64,000 bases of DNA from a virus (taxonomy: Duplodnaviria > Caudoviricetes). Made by a program: the position numbers and the translations under genes. Below, piece after piece: positions 56,401 to 64,000 of this stretch. Each line of letters begins with the position of its first letter. Within the stretch, counting starts at the first letter, position 1. The stretch is from positions 1-64,000 of IMG/VR virus record IMGVR_UViG_3300032301_000913; one strand, 5' to 3'. The notes below the pieces were generated by a model. It was not told the origin of the DNA, made no database searches, and saw only the letters and a list, made by a program, of their open reading frames with translations.

Positions 56401-57839
56401 GTGCTGGGGTAAGTTATTATGACAATTCTGGACAAATTGTATCACTTGCTTCAACAACTATTAGAAGTTTTGTACCTCCAGGAGATCAAAATTCTGGAAA
56501 TTCTATTAGGGTTGACCACTTTAATCACGGAATGTATTCAAATACAAATAAAGTAGTAATTAGTGGTGCAGAATCTAGTGTTCCTGCAACTACACTTTCA
56601 ACGAAATTACTAAAAACGGATGGTTCCACCATCAGTATTGCAAATACTTCAAACTTTGGAACTTTTGAAGGAGTTGCAATTGGATTAAATAATCCTGGAT
56701 ATGTTGGATATGTAAAAATTGAAAATGAAATTATTTCATATACTTCAGTTGGTACTGGAACATTGAATGGAATAACTAGGGGAATTGATTCAACTTTACC
56801 ATTAGATTATGAAATTGGCAATTTAGTATATAAGTATGAATTAAATGGAGTTTCCTTAAGAAGAATTAATACTACTCATGATATTAGTGATTCGGATATT
56901 GGAATAGATCACTATTCCATTCAAATTGATAAATCCACAAATGGTGTTAATAGGTCTTCAGATAATTTGAGAATTCCAGAATTATCTTTTGTAACTGGAT
57001 CTTCTATGGGAGGATCTAATGTATACGCAACAACAAACATAAATTATAGTTCATTAATACCAGTTTATGATGTAATTACTCCAGGATCTTCTACTTCAAT
57101 TAGTGCAACAATTAGAACTGTTTCTGGAACTAGTGCTGGTGGTAATGAAACATCATTCCTAGATAATGGATTTGAACCAGTTCAATTGAATACAATAAAT
57201 GTTTTGCCAACAGTAAGAATGGTTTGTTCTAAGAAAAATGAAACCGAATATCTGAGCAATTTACCTAGAAATAGATCATTTACTACTGGAATAACTTTAA
57301 ATAGTTCAGATAAAAATTTGTCTCCAGTAATATATTTGAATAATTCCTCCACGGAATTTAGAAATAGTAGAATTGATAATCCAATTTCAGATTATGTGAC
57401 AGACTCTAAAGTTAATTCAATAATTAATGATCCTCATGCATCCTCTTATGTATCAAAACTAGTATCATTAAAGCAACCTGCTACATCATTAAAGATCATT
57501 TTATCTGCTTATAGACACGAATCTGCAGATTTTAGAGTTCTCTATAGTTTAGTTAGAGCAGATTCTAGTGAAATTCCACAAGCATTTGAATTGTTCCCAG
57601 GATATAATAATTTACAGTATACTGATACAAGTCAGTATTCAGTTATAGACCCTTCAAAAAATAGTGGACTATCAGATATATTTGTTTCACCAAGTTTGGA
57701 GAATGAATTCTTAGAATATGAATTTACTGCCGATGGTTTAGATTTGTTTACTGGATATGCAATTAAAATTGTTATGTCCAGTACAAACCAGGCATATCCA
57801 GTAAGAATTAAAGAACTTAGAGCAATTGCAATAAGATGA
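50478..57839 (+). CDS. large virion structural protein, VrlC/DUF4815-like (2453 aa)
   Basis: PYYDDFD..KNFYKVLF.PGRPIQARELT.LQSILQNQ; DPLAQTF; C-terminal P.RIKELRAIA. Confidence 0.85.
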   Translation: MAQKTDLNISPYYDDFDSKKNFYKVLFNPGRPIQARELTTLQSILQNQIETFGSHMFKEGSMVIPGNIAYDGQFYSVKLNPTNFGIDISVYINSFIGKKIIGQSSRTTATIQYVALPDNINVEDLTIYVKYLESDKNFVFNPFEDGESLIAEENITYGNTTINAGTPFASLISLDATSVGSAASIGDGVYFIRGYFANVSKQTILLDNYTNTPSYRVGLKIDELIINPKDDNSLYDNAKGFTNYAAPGADRFKINLTLTKKLISDTNDTDFVELLRVQDGKIKKIEEKTQYNKIRDYLAERTYDESGDYSVTPFTTTIHNSLNDRLGSNGLFFDNETTDQNNSPSKDLMCIKISPGKAYVRGYDVDKTSTTIIDVEKPRDTETISTVNIPFEMGNILRVNRVSGTPKQNAIVNLYGQLNTDGEIIGGARVYSLKLTDSAYSRDATNWDLCLYDIQTYTKLELNKSISDSELPKSSFVKGKSSGASGYAVDSGGASTIIKLSQTSGTFSKGEQLIINGINSSTSIKTITSYGTQNIKSVKQPTAISGLPIEFSANAFLERFNFQNNITTVTINGSTITSAGKQFSGVRENTIIRYQKPGSTVETYNRISSVSANGLTLTVSPITTSVSGVFDGTLSGAGSTTTNIQIGAPIVRNESKGYLYAQLPDSNVSSVNLSDSLLTISTQITGETTDITGKLVLNSSDIIGISSAFFTAFDEERYSVHYSGGGIGTITQDSFSINPSLNQVTISGLNANATGVVVNATVVKNGIQSKKKTYNRSNTLEVAFSKYPQSGTGISSSIGDGLTYNQFYGLRVQDQDISLNYPDVCKVLAIYESYDTSSPSLDKVQFTSSANVTTNAIIGENIIGNISKAIARVVSKPLTNILGIVYLNSERFSEGETVKFEESNMTVDIESITVGSYKDLTYTYQLDKGQKDQYYDYSRIVRNKNVPEPSKKLLIVFDYYSVPSNDSGDVFTVLSYDQERFTNDIPNIGRMNVRSSDTLDFRPRVQPFSTNDKSPFDFLSRDFGTGKQINLSSNESSLIGYDYYLPRIDKLYLDKLGTFVVEKGIPSKKPKVPSKNGDSMVIATITLPPYLYHPSDARVTPVDNRRFTMRDIGGIQDRVANLERVTSLSLLEVNTQTLQIQDSDGRNRFKTGFFVDDFKDYSSINTKLSAIEITPASGELHPITNRNSLKSQLAPATALIDEQLDLSTNYELLDPNVQKTGNCVTLKYESVGWIEQPFATSVENVNPFSVLAYVGDIKLDPDRDYWVRTIQLPDKHVSNTLTNPSINLTNNVQVNQFTTSNTNTNNVVENVIFGMGNWRESSTTAPVASLSSSSASSTQSSTSSYSLSDYDTTIQNIKVASAEEKFIRSRNIEFSISNIKASTQFYLFFDSSSAVDFIPKLVEISNTTTLTNYGSSGSFIVGEEVIGTSNGQNLITFRVATANHKYGAFNSPSKTYTINPYLKDESLPSTYSSSSKVLNIDTYSLAQEAQGKYYGYLVKGMRLVGQTSGAVAYVKDLRLISDNYGDLIGTTFLRDPNSTPVPSVRIETGTKTFKVSSSSTNSLGLPGSTSISYAETNYTADGMVEQWENLITTTIRTTDINTTTNTTTTNTNINLNNHTTTTETRYVDPLAQTFIVGGNVEAPSPTNTNDDVNGAFLTSVDLYFASKDDGNSPVKVEIRTVELGTPTRIRIGNAVTLKPDQINISDDAETPTKVTFDSPIYLAPGKEYAIVVIAETSLKYELWAATMGEKTVNTKSLPDANSVRYTTQFSMGSLFKSQNGSIWTASQYQDLKFKLYKAEFTSPTGTAYFYNPTLDKSNGYISKLSNNPLSTSPKTGTLGITTTSLTSTLSVGRKISGSNSSTYGYIVGSGSSVASVSLTSGGSNYVTDTDVETYNIIGKGSGLRLNISATNGVITGTPTIVSLGNGYSAGDVVGIVTSSVSSNTGTGANITITGNGSTIDTLYLSGIQGQAFAVGAGVSYYDNSGQIVSLASTTIRSFVPPGDQNSGNSIRVDHFNHGMYSNTNKVVISGAESSVPATTLSTKLLKTDGSTISIANTSNFGTFEGVAIGLNNPGYVGYVKIENEIISYTSVGTGTLNGITRGIDSTLPLDYEIGNLVYKYELNGVSLRRINTTHDISDSDIGIDHYSIQIDKSTNGVNRSSDNLRIPELSFVTGSSMGGSNVYATTNINYSSLIPVYDVITPGSSTSISATIRTVSGTSAGGNETSFLDNGFEPVQLNTINVLPTVRMVCSKKNETEYLSNLPRNRSFTTGITLNSSDKNLSPVIYLNNSSTEFRNSRIDNPISDYVTDSKVNSIINDPHASSYVSKLVSLKQPATSLKIILSAYRHESADFRVLYSLVRADSSEIPQAFELFPGYNNLQYTDTSQYSVIDPSKNSGLSDIFVSPSLENEFLEYEFTADGLDLFTGYAIKIVMSSTNQAYPVRIKELRAIAIR

Positions 57840-58042
57840 TAAGAGTAGAAGGACATCCAAATCTTTATAGAGATGAAGCATCAGGCGCAATTATAAATTG
57901 CGATTCTGTGGCATATAATCAATATGTTAATTCATTACACTCCAGAGATTTGCAAAAAAAAGAAATTGATAATATGAAAAATGATATAAATGAGATAAAA
58001 TCTTTACTTAAACAATTATTGGAGAAAAATGGATCCATCTAG
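57836..58042 (+). CDS. conserved cyanophage hypothetical protein
   Basis: VEGHPNLYRD..SGAIIN; synteny. Confidence 0.75.
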   Translation: MIRVEGHPNLYRDEASGAIINCDSVAYNQYVNSLHSRDLQKKEIDNMKNDINEIKSLLKQLLEKNGSI

Positions 58043-58202
58043 CATTATATTAAATAGTACACATAAATTATTCCAATATGAGAGGATTTCTAGAGAAATC
58101 GATACTTGTAATGATATTACAGAATTAAAAAATATTGCAAAATCTTATGTTAAACTTCATTTAGCACAACAAGAAGTTATTTCAACTCTTGGAATAGAGT
58201 AA
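58029..58202 (+). CDS. small helical protein (57 aa)
   Basis: Read manually: MDPSSIILNSTHKLFQYERISREID... Confidence 0.6.
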   Translation: MDPSSIILNSTHKLFQYERISREIDTCNDITELKNIAKSYVKLHLAQQEVISTLGIE

Positions 58203-58203
58203 A

Positions 58204-58211
58204 TATAAATA
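58204..58211 (+). promoter_or_regulatory. T4-type late promoter
   Basis: TATAAATA. Confidence 0.75.
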
Positions 58212-58234
58212 GACTTAAGGAATATATTAAAAAA

Positions 58235-58585
58235 ATGGCAGTTTATGTTTCCAATATTGTCATTGAACAGGGATTTGACTATTCTAGTATCTTCAGTTTA
58301 GAAGATGCTAGGACAAATTCATATCTAAACATTGTTGGTTATGCCGTAACTGCACAAATGAGAAAGAGTCCTTCCAGTTCAACTGCCGTTGCTTTTGCTT
58401 CCACAATTATAAATGCTGAAGTTGGTGCAATACGCATTTCACTAACAAGTGCTCAAACTCTAAATTTAAAACCCGGAAGATATGTTTATGATGTGATGTT
58501 AGAAAATGGTGGTTTGGGATCGGGTGGACAAAAATATAAAGCTATTGAAGGAATGGTTCTAGTACGAGCAGGAGTCACACACTAA
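58235..58585 (+). CDS. putative virion protein (beta-sandwich)
   Basis: NIVIEQG...AQMRKS...GRYVYDV...EGMVLVRAGVT. Confidence 0.7.
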   Translation: MAVYVSNIVIEQGFDYSSIFSLEDARTNSYLNIVGYAVTAQMRKSPSSSTAVAFASTIINAEVGAIRISLTSAQTLNLKPGRYVYDVMLENGGLGSGGQKYKAIEGMVLVRAGVTH

Positions 58586-58917
58586 TGCCAAACATATCAG
58601 ACAGAATTGGCAATCAAAACGTTATTAGAGTCCTTTCTAATATAGGAGCATCGGCAACACGATTAGTAGATTTAAGTGATGTTGATGTATCTTCATTAGC
58701 AGATGGATTTGTGCTTGAATATAAGGCACAAACTTCAAAATTTATTACAACTGATTCATTTAGATTCCTAAAGAATGTAAATGTAACTGGAATATTAACT
58801 ACTTACAATCTTGATGTTATCGGCGCAACAACATTTCGCGGTGATTTATATGTTGGTGCGGACTTATATGTGGCAGGTGATATAAACCTTAAGCAAATTG
58901 ATGGGGGAGAATACTAA
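58585..58917 (+). CDS. putative virion/fibre-associated protein
   Basis: LVDLSDVD...DGFVLEY; IDGGEY end. Confidence 0.65.
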   Translation: MPNISDRIGNQNVIRVLSNIGASATRLVDLSDVDVSSLADGFVLEYKAQTSKFITTDSFRFLKNVNVTGILTTYNLDVIGATTFRGDLYVGADLYVAGDINLKQIDGGEY

Positions 58918-59744
58918 TGGCAAAACCAGCAAGTAGACAAGAACTTGTAAATTACTGTCTAAGGCGTCTAGGTGCTCCTGTACTGGAGATTAATGTTGAT
59001 GATGATCAAATAGATGATCTAGTCGATGATGCCCTTCAACTGTTCTATGAGAGGCACTTTGATGGTGTCGAAAGAATGTATTTGAAGTATAAATTGACAC
59101 AGGAAGATATTAATAGAGGAAAATCTACCGGTACAACCGGAGTCGGAATTGTAACAACTACTGGAACTTCACAAGGAAAAACTTTTAATTTTTATGAGAC
59201 TTCAAATTTTATCCAAGTTCCAGATTCTGTAATTGGAATTGAAAAGGTATTTAAATTTGATACTAGTGACATTTCTGGTGGAATGTTTAGTATCAAATAC
59301 CAATTATTTTTAAATGATCTTTATTATTTCAACTCAGTTGAATTGCTACAGTTTGCAATGGTGAAATCATACTTAGAAGATATCGATTTTCTATTAAAAA
59401 CTGATAAGCAAATCAGATTTAATAAAAGACAAAACAGAATGTATCTTGATATAGATTGGGGCGCACAAAAAGAAAATACATTTTTTGTGATTGATTGCTA
59501 TAGAATATTAGATCCTAATGATTTTACTAAAGTTTATAATGATAGTTTTATCAAGAGGTATCTTACTGCACTGATTAAGAGGCAGTGGGGTCAAAATCTA
59601 ATTAAATTTAGAGGTGTTAAATTACCTGGTGGTGTTGAATTGAATGGTAGAGAAATATATGATGATGCCGAAAGAGAAATTCAGTCAATACTAGATCGAA
59701 TGTCAATGGATTATGAACTTCCACCGTATGATTTCATTGGATAA
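58917..59744 (+). CDS. g13: neck protein gp13
   Basis: SRQEL..YCLRRLGAPVLEINVDDDQ; LPGGVELNG. Confidence 0.95.
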   Translation: MAKPASRQELVNYCLRRLGAPVLEINVDDDQIDDLVDDALQLFYERHFDGVERMYLKYKLTQEDINRGKSTGTTGVGIVTTTGTSQGKTFNFYETSNFIQVPDSVIGIEKVFKFDTSDISGGMFSIKYQLFLNDLYYFNSVELLQFAMVKSYLEDIDFLLKTDKQIRFNKRQNRMYLDIDWGAQKENTFFVIDCYRILDPNDFTKVYNDSFIKRYLTALIKRQWGQNLIKFRGVKLPGGVELNGREIYDDAEREIQSILDRMSMDYELPPYDFIG

Positions 59745-59746
59745 TT

Positions 59747-61204
59747 ATGGCATTAAATCCATTTTTTCTTCAAGGTTCTCCAACAGAACAAGGTTTAGTT
59801 CAAGATTTGGTCAACGAACATTTAAGAATGTTTGGAATTGAAGTTTATTATATTCCTAGAAAATTATTAAAGACTGATAATATCATCAGAGAAGTACAAT
59901 CTTCAAAATTTGATGATAATTTTATTATTGAGGCATATTTAAACAATCATGAGGGATATTCTCCCGGTAGCGATATTATGTCTAAGTTTGGAATTACTTT
60001 GAAAAATGAGTTATCATTAATAATTTCTAGAGAGAGATTTGAGGAATTTATAAGTCCATTTTTGTCAGAAATAATTGCAGGAGAACCTAGTTATTCTCCC
60101 GGAGAGAAACTAGTGTTTGCGACCAGACCAAAAGAAGGAGACTTAATATTTTTTCCATTGGGGGAAAGACTATTTGAATTAAAGCACGTAGAATTTGAAA
60201 ATCCATTTTACCAATTGGGAAAAAATTATGTTTATGAGTTGAAATGTGAATTGTTCGAATATGAGGATGAAGAAATTAGTACTGGTATTGCTGAAATAGA
60301 ATCCACATTATCAGATACTGGTTATATAACAGATCTAAAACTTGTTGCATTTGGCGGATCTGCACAGTGTCAAGCAATTGTGAGTCCATATGCAGGAGTT
60401 AATGAAATCATAATTACTAATGATGGTTATGGATACACAAGAACACCTACAGTAACTATAGATCCACCACCAGATTTTACATTAGATCGTAGTTTACTTT
60501 TGGGTGCTACTAGTTTGAATAAAGACATTTCTAAAGCAACTGCGGTAGCAATAACAACCTCTGTTGGTGGAGTTAAGTCTATAAGTAAAATTTTAATTAC
60601 AAATAGTGGATATGGTTATATTGATCCACCAAAGGTGAGAATCTCTGGTGGTGGTGGAACAGGTGCTACTGCCATCTGCGGAATTACTACCAATTTAATT
60701 ACAAGAATTCATATTGTAGATAAAGGTGATAGGTATTATCAACCACCAACCATAGACATATCTCCACCAGTGGGAGGTGGGACGACTGCCACGGCCGTTG
60801 CAAAGATTTATTCAGGAAGACTTTCTGAAGTTTTACTTGTAAATGCAGGATCTGGATACACATCTTTACCAACAATCACAGTATCTGCACCACCAATAGT
60901 TGGATTTGGAACTTATATTGTATCCGAAGAAGTTACTGGAACTTTATCTGGTACTTCTGCAATCGTGAAGTATTGGGAAAATCCAGGAAAAGATATTGAC
61001 AAAATATTAAGAGTTTACCTAAATAATGGAACATTTAATGTAGGTGAAAATATTGTAGGTTCTGCATCCTCTGCAATATATACATTAAAATCATACGATT
61101 TAGATACAACAACTAGCGACAACTATTCTCAGAATGATGAAATACAGCAAGAAGCAGAGTTGATAGTTGATTTTAGCGAATCGAATCCATTTGGTACTTA
61201 CTAA
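59747..61204 (+). CDS. g14: neck protein gp14 (extended form)
   Basis: MALNPFF...EQ.LVQDL..E...YYIPR...RPKEGDLIFFP; DFSESNPFG end. Confidence 0.9.
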   Translation: MALNPFFLQGSPTEQGLVQDLVNEHLRMFGIEVYYIPRKLLKTDNIIREVQSSKFDDNFIIEAYLNNHEGYSPGSDIMSKFGITLKNELSLIISRERFEEFISPFLSEIIAGEPSYSPGEKLVFATRPKEGDLIFFPLGERLFELKHVEFENPFYQLGKNYVYELKCELFEYEDEEISTGIAEIESTLSDTGYITDLKLVAFGGSAQCQAIVSPYAGVNEIIITNDGYGYTRTPTVTIDPPPDFTLDRSLLLGATSLNKDISKATAVAITTSVGGVKSISKILITNSGYGYIDPPKVRISGGGGTGATAICGITTNLITRIHIVDKGDRYYQPPTIDISPPVGGGTTATAVAKIYSGRLSEVLLVNAGSGYTSLPTITVSAPPIVGFGTYIVSEEVTGTLSGTSAIVKYWENPGKDIDKILRVYLNNGTFNVGENIVGSASSAIYTLKSYDLDTTTSDNYSQNDEIQQEAELIVDFSESNPFGTY

Positions 61205-62001
61205 TGTTAGGAACTTACTACTATCACCATATTATAAGAAAGACAATAGTTGCTTTCGGTACAATTTTTAATGACATTCATATTCAGCATCAAAATAGTG
61301 CTGATGAAGTAATTTCTGATATGAAAGTTCCATTGGCATATGGACCAATGCAGAAATTTCTTGCAAAAATTCAACAACAGGAAAAATTAAATAAACCGGT
61401 TGCAATTACTTTACCAAGAATGTCATTTGAAATGACTTCAATTAGATATGATTCAACCAGGAAAGTGGGAGTAACTCAATCTTTTAAAGCATCTGATGGT
61501 GATAAATTGAAGAAGGTTTATATGCCTGTTCCATATAATATTGGATTTGAATTAAATATTCTTACAAAATTGAATGATGATTCATTACAAATTGTTGAGC
61601 AGATTTTACCATATTTCCAACCAGCATTCACATTAACAGTGGATCTTATAGATTCTATTGGAGAAAAAAGAGACATCCCACTAAATTTGGATGATGTTTC
61701 TTTTAGGGATGATTATGAAGGAGATTTTTCTGAAAGAAGAGCACTAATTTATACATTAAAATTTACGGCAAAAACTTACTTATTTGGTCCTATCGCAGAC
61801 ACTACTGATGGACTCATCCGTAAGGTTCAGGTTGATATGTATACAAGTACAGATATTGTAAATGCAAAGAGAGAGATGAGGTACACTGTCGAACCAGATC
61901 CAATTGATGCACAACCAGGCGATGATTTTGGATTCAATGAAAATTGGGAATTCTTCAATGATTCCAAAACTTATAGTCCAACGCAACAAACGGATATTTG
62001 A
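61204..62001 (+). CDS. g15: tail sheath stabilizer/terminator gp15
   Basis: YYYH.IIRKTIVAFGTIFNDI...VPLAYGP.QKFLA...TLPRMSFEM. Confidence 0.95.
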   Translation: MLGTYYYHHIIRKTIVAFGTIFNDIHIQHQNSADEVISDMKVPLAYGPMQKFLAKIQQQEKLNKPVAITLPRMSFEMTSIRYDSTRKVGVTQSFKASDGDKLKKVYMPVPYNIGFELNILTKLNDDSLQIVEQILPYFQPAFTLTVDLIDSIGEKRDIPLNLDDVSFRDDYEGDFSERRALIYTLKFTAKTYLFGPIADTTDGLIRKVQVDMYTSTDIVNAKREMRYTVEPDPIDAQPGDDFGFNENWEFFNDSKTYSPTQQTDI

Positions 62002-62010
62002 TGAGTAGAT

Positions 62011-62436
62011 ATGGCAAATGATTTCGAATCTATAGACAAAGCACTGAATACTGAAAGTATTGTTGAGGTTAAGGCAAAAACATCGGAAATAGAATTAATA
62101 GAATCAACTCCAAATGATGTACAAAAAGACTATGAATATAGTAGAGCACAGTTATATTCACTTATAGAGAAAGGGCAGGAAACATTAAATGGTATTATGG
62201 AATTGGCAGCAGAAACTGATAGTCCAAGAGCATATGAAGTTGCCGGACAAATTTTAAAAAGTGTTGGAGATACTGCAGATAAATTAATTGATCTACAGAG
62301 AAAAATGAGACTCATTGAAGATGAGGCAGTAAAGACTACAAACAATGTGACAAATAATGCAGTATTTGTTGGATCAACTTCAGAACTACAGAAATTACTC
62401 AAACAAGGTTTTCTAAATAATAAAGATAAATCTTAA
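62011..62436 (+). CDS. g16: terminase small subunit gp16
   Basis: DYEYSRAQLYSLIEKGQE...SPRAYEVAGQ...NNAVFVGSTSELQK. Confidence 0.93.
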   Translation: MANDFESIDKALNTESIVEVKAKTSEIELIESTPNDVQKDYEYSRAQLYSLIEKGQETLNGIMELAAETDSPRAYEVAGQILKSVGDTADKLIDLQRKMRLIEDEAVKTTNNVTNNAVFVGSTSELQKLLKQGFLNNKDKS

Positions 62437-62444
62437 GTATATAA

Positions 62445-64000
62445 ATGCAACTGAAGTCTCATAGAACAGTTGAACAAATTGCAAAGAAGCATCGTCTTGA
62501 AGTTTCTTTTATAAAGAATCAACTCAAAATGGGAATTTCTATTGAGCACGAACATACTCAGGATAAAGTTCTAGCGACTGATATTGCTCTTCAACATTTG
62601 GATGAGATTCCAGATTATTATACTCGTCTGAAAAAGATGGAAGCAGATGCAAAGAAAGAACATAAAAAGTTCAAGGATGTAAAAGAAGATGCAGTAACTG
62701 ATCTTCAAAGAGGTATTACTGAATTACCTGATGCATCTTATGATTCGATTGATAATTTAATGAGACGTATTATGAAGAAAAGAAAAGTAACCGCTAAACA
62801 ACTTCATAATGATTTTGTTGACAAGCACAATCAAACTCCAGATACTTGGGCAAAGAAGAATATGAAAGAAGAAAATGGTCTTTGGGACAATATACATGCT
62901 CGCAGAGAAAAAGGACTTCCTAGAAAAAAACCAGGACAAAAGGGATATCCAAAAACTTTAAAAATTGAAGAAGATTTAAAGCAAGCACGTAAAAATGTTG
63001 GTGCAAGTAAGTGCTGGACTAATAAGAAAATTGGAAATCCTCCAACAAAAATGAAAGATGGTGAAGAAGTTCCAAATTGTGTTCCTGTAAAAAAAGCATC
63101 AACTTCAAGAACACAATCGGAAAGTACCGATTCACTTGGTGATGATTGGCACACCCCAATTCGTGAAAGAGCAGATAGATATTGTCCAAAATGTGAAAAA
63201 CTTGAAAGAAGAAGTGAATGTAAATATGGTGCAAAATATTGGGATATGTTCTCTTTACCAGCAGAAGTAATTAGTTCTAAAAAAGATTATAACATAACAA
63301 TGCCACATCCTGGAAATATGCCAGAAGAAAAGGATCATGAGTATTCTATGGCTCGTTCAGAACTTTCAACTATTATTTCTGCAGTAAAAAGATTACAGAA
63401 AAAAATTAATAAAGGTGAAGGTAATATTGAAGCATGGGTTCAGTCGAAGATTACAAAAGCGGCAGATTATATTGATACTGCAGCAGATTATATTGATACT
63501 GCAGCAGATTATGTTGATAGTGGTGAAATGAAAGTGGAAGGTGTAAGTTTTGATATTGGTTCAAATCACAGACAAATACAAAGAAGAGCAAAAATTCACA
63601 ATAAAACTAGAGAAAACACTAATTCTAATGAAGTATCTGTGGCACAAAGTAAATTAAATGAACCAAAGTGGTCAAAACCAAAATTAGAAAAAGAATCAGT
63701 AACTATTCAAGATGCTAATGGTAATGATTACGTAGAATTTATTGATTTAATCAAACCAGAAAAACTGAAAACATTTAATCAATTTGTGGCTGAAGCAAAG
63801 AAATCTGAGATGAAGTGCAACTCCCCAAAGGCCGAACCCGTGGGTGATTCACTCACGGGAAAATCTCACGTAGTTAAAGCGTGTGAGGGTGGAAAAGAAA
63901 AACTCATTCGTTTTGGTCAAAGAGGTGTAAAAGGTTCTCCAAAGAAAAAAGGTGAATCAAAGGAGTATGCAAGTCGTCGTCATAGATTTCAAACTAGACA
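62445..64000 (+). CDS. modular head-associated protein, runs off the window end (N-terminal DUF5661-like module)
   Basis: Open frame from ATG 62445; GISIEHEH...IALQHLDEIPDYYTRL; GLWDNIHARR; WVQSKITKAADY; internal KTFNQFVAEAKK. Confidence 0.75.
   Translation, partial: MQLKSHRTVEQIAKKHRLEVSFIKNQLKMGISIEHEHTQDKVLATDIALQHLDEIPDYYTRLKKMEADAKKEHKKFKDVKEDAVTDLQRGITELPDASYDSIDNLMRRIMKKRKVTAKQLHNDFVDKHNQTPDTWAKKNMKEENGLWDNIHARREKGLPRKKPGQKGYPKTLKIEEDLKQARKNVGASKCWTNKKIGNPPTKMKDGEEVPNCVPVKKASTSRTQSESTDSLGDDWHTPIRERADRYCPKCEKLERRSECKYGAKYWDMFSLPAEVISSKKDYNITMPHPGNMPEEKDHEYSMARSELSTIISAVKRLQKKINKGEGNIEAWVQSKITKAADYIDTAADYIDTAADYVDSGEMKVEGVSFDIGSNHRQIQRRAKIHNKTRENTNSNEVSVAQSKLNEPKWSKPKLEKESVTIQDANGNDYVEFIDLIKPEKLKTFNQFVAEAKKSEMKCNSPKAEPVGDSLTGKSHVVKACEGGKEKLIRFGQRGVKGSPKKKGESKEYASRRHRFQTR

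Noticed and set aside
35346-62436. Stop-codon reassignment
   Set aside because: Structural genes are full length in the standard code, and all three stop codons are used as terminators.
1328-63234. Most other minus-strand ORFs in the track
   Set aside because: Antisense shadows of + strand genes with biased F/S/L/I composition; only 16038..16472 and 16508..17725 are accepted.

Overview
Segment of a T4-like cyanomyovirus (Kyanoviridae-like) genome; no tRNA, rRNA or CRISPR array seen. 1-32.4 kb is an accessory/early region of small, mostly + strand, ATGA-coupled ORFs. It is punctuated by about 20 copies of one promoter element (22-bp 8-6-8 palindrome, 29-32 bp, then a -10 box), several of which are exact repeats flanking single ORFs. 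Late-promoter cassettes are embedded in it: four GIY-YIG-type homing-endonuclease-like genes with a shared covarying upstream RNA switch, a C-terminal-only CP12-like peptide, an inverted Gly-rich virion-like gene pair, and three proteins with a T4-type capsid-targeting N-terminus (two ART-like, one GNAT-like). Non-coding stretches at 22.8-23.8, 26.9-27.5 and 30.2-31.0 kb hold TTTTCCACA (DnaA-box-like) clusters, a second palindrome family (ATCTCGWCGAGAT), a 24-bp iteron-like array, counter-oriented promoters and candidate structured RNAs. 32.4-64 kb is the conserved block: AbrB-like, HNH, glycosyltransferase, speD, gp25, gp6, gp7, gp8, VrlC/DUF4815-like, gp13, gp14, gp15, gp16 and a truncated modular head-associated ORF. 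All family calls come from motif recognition by eye; no database search was run.
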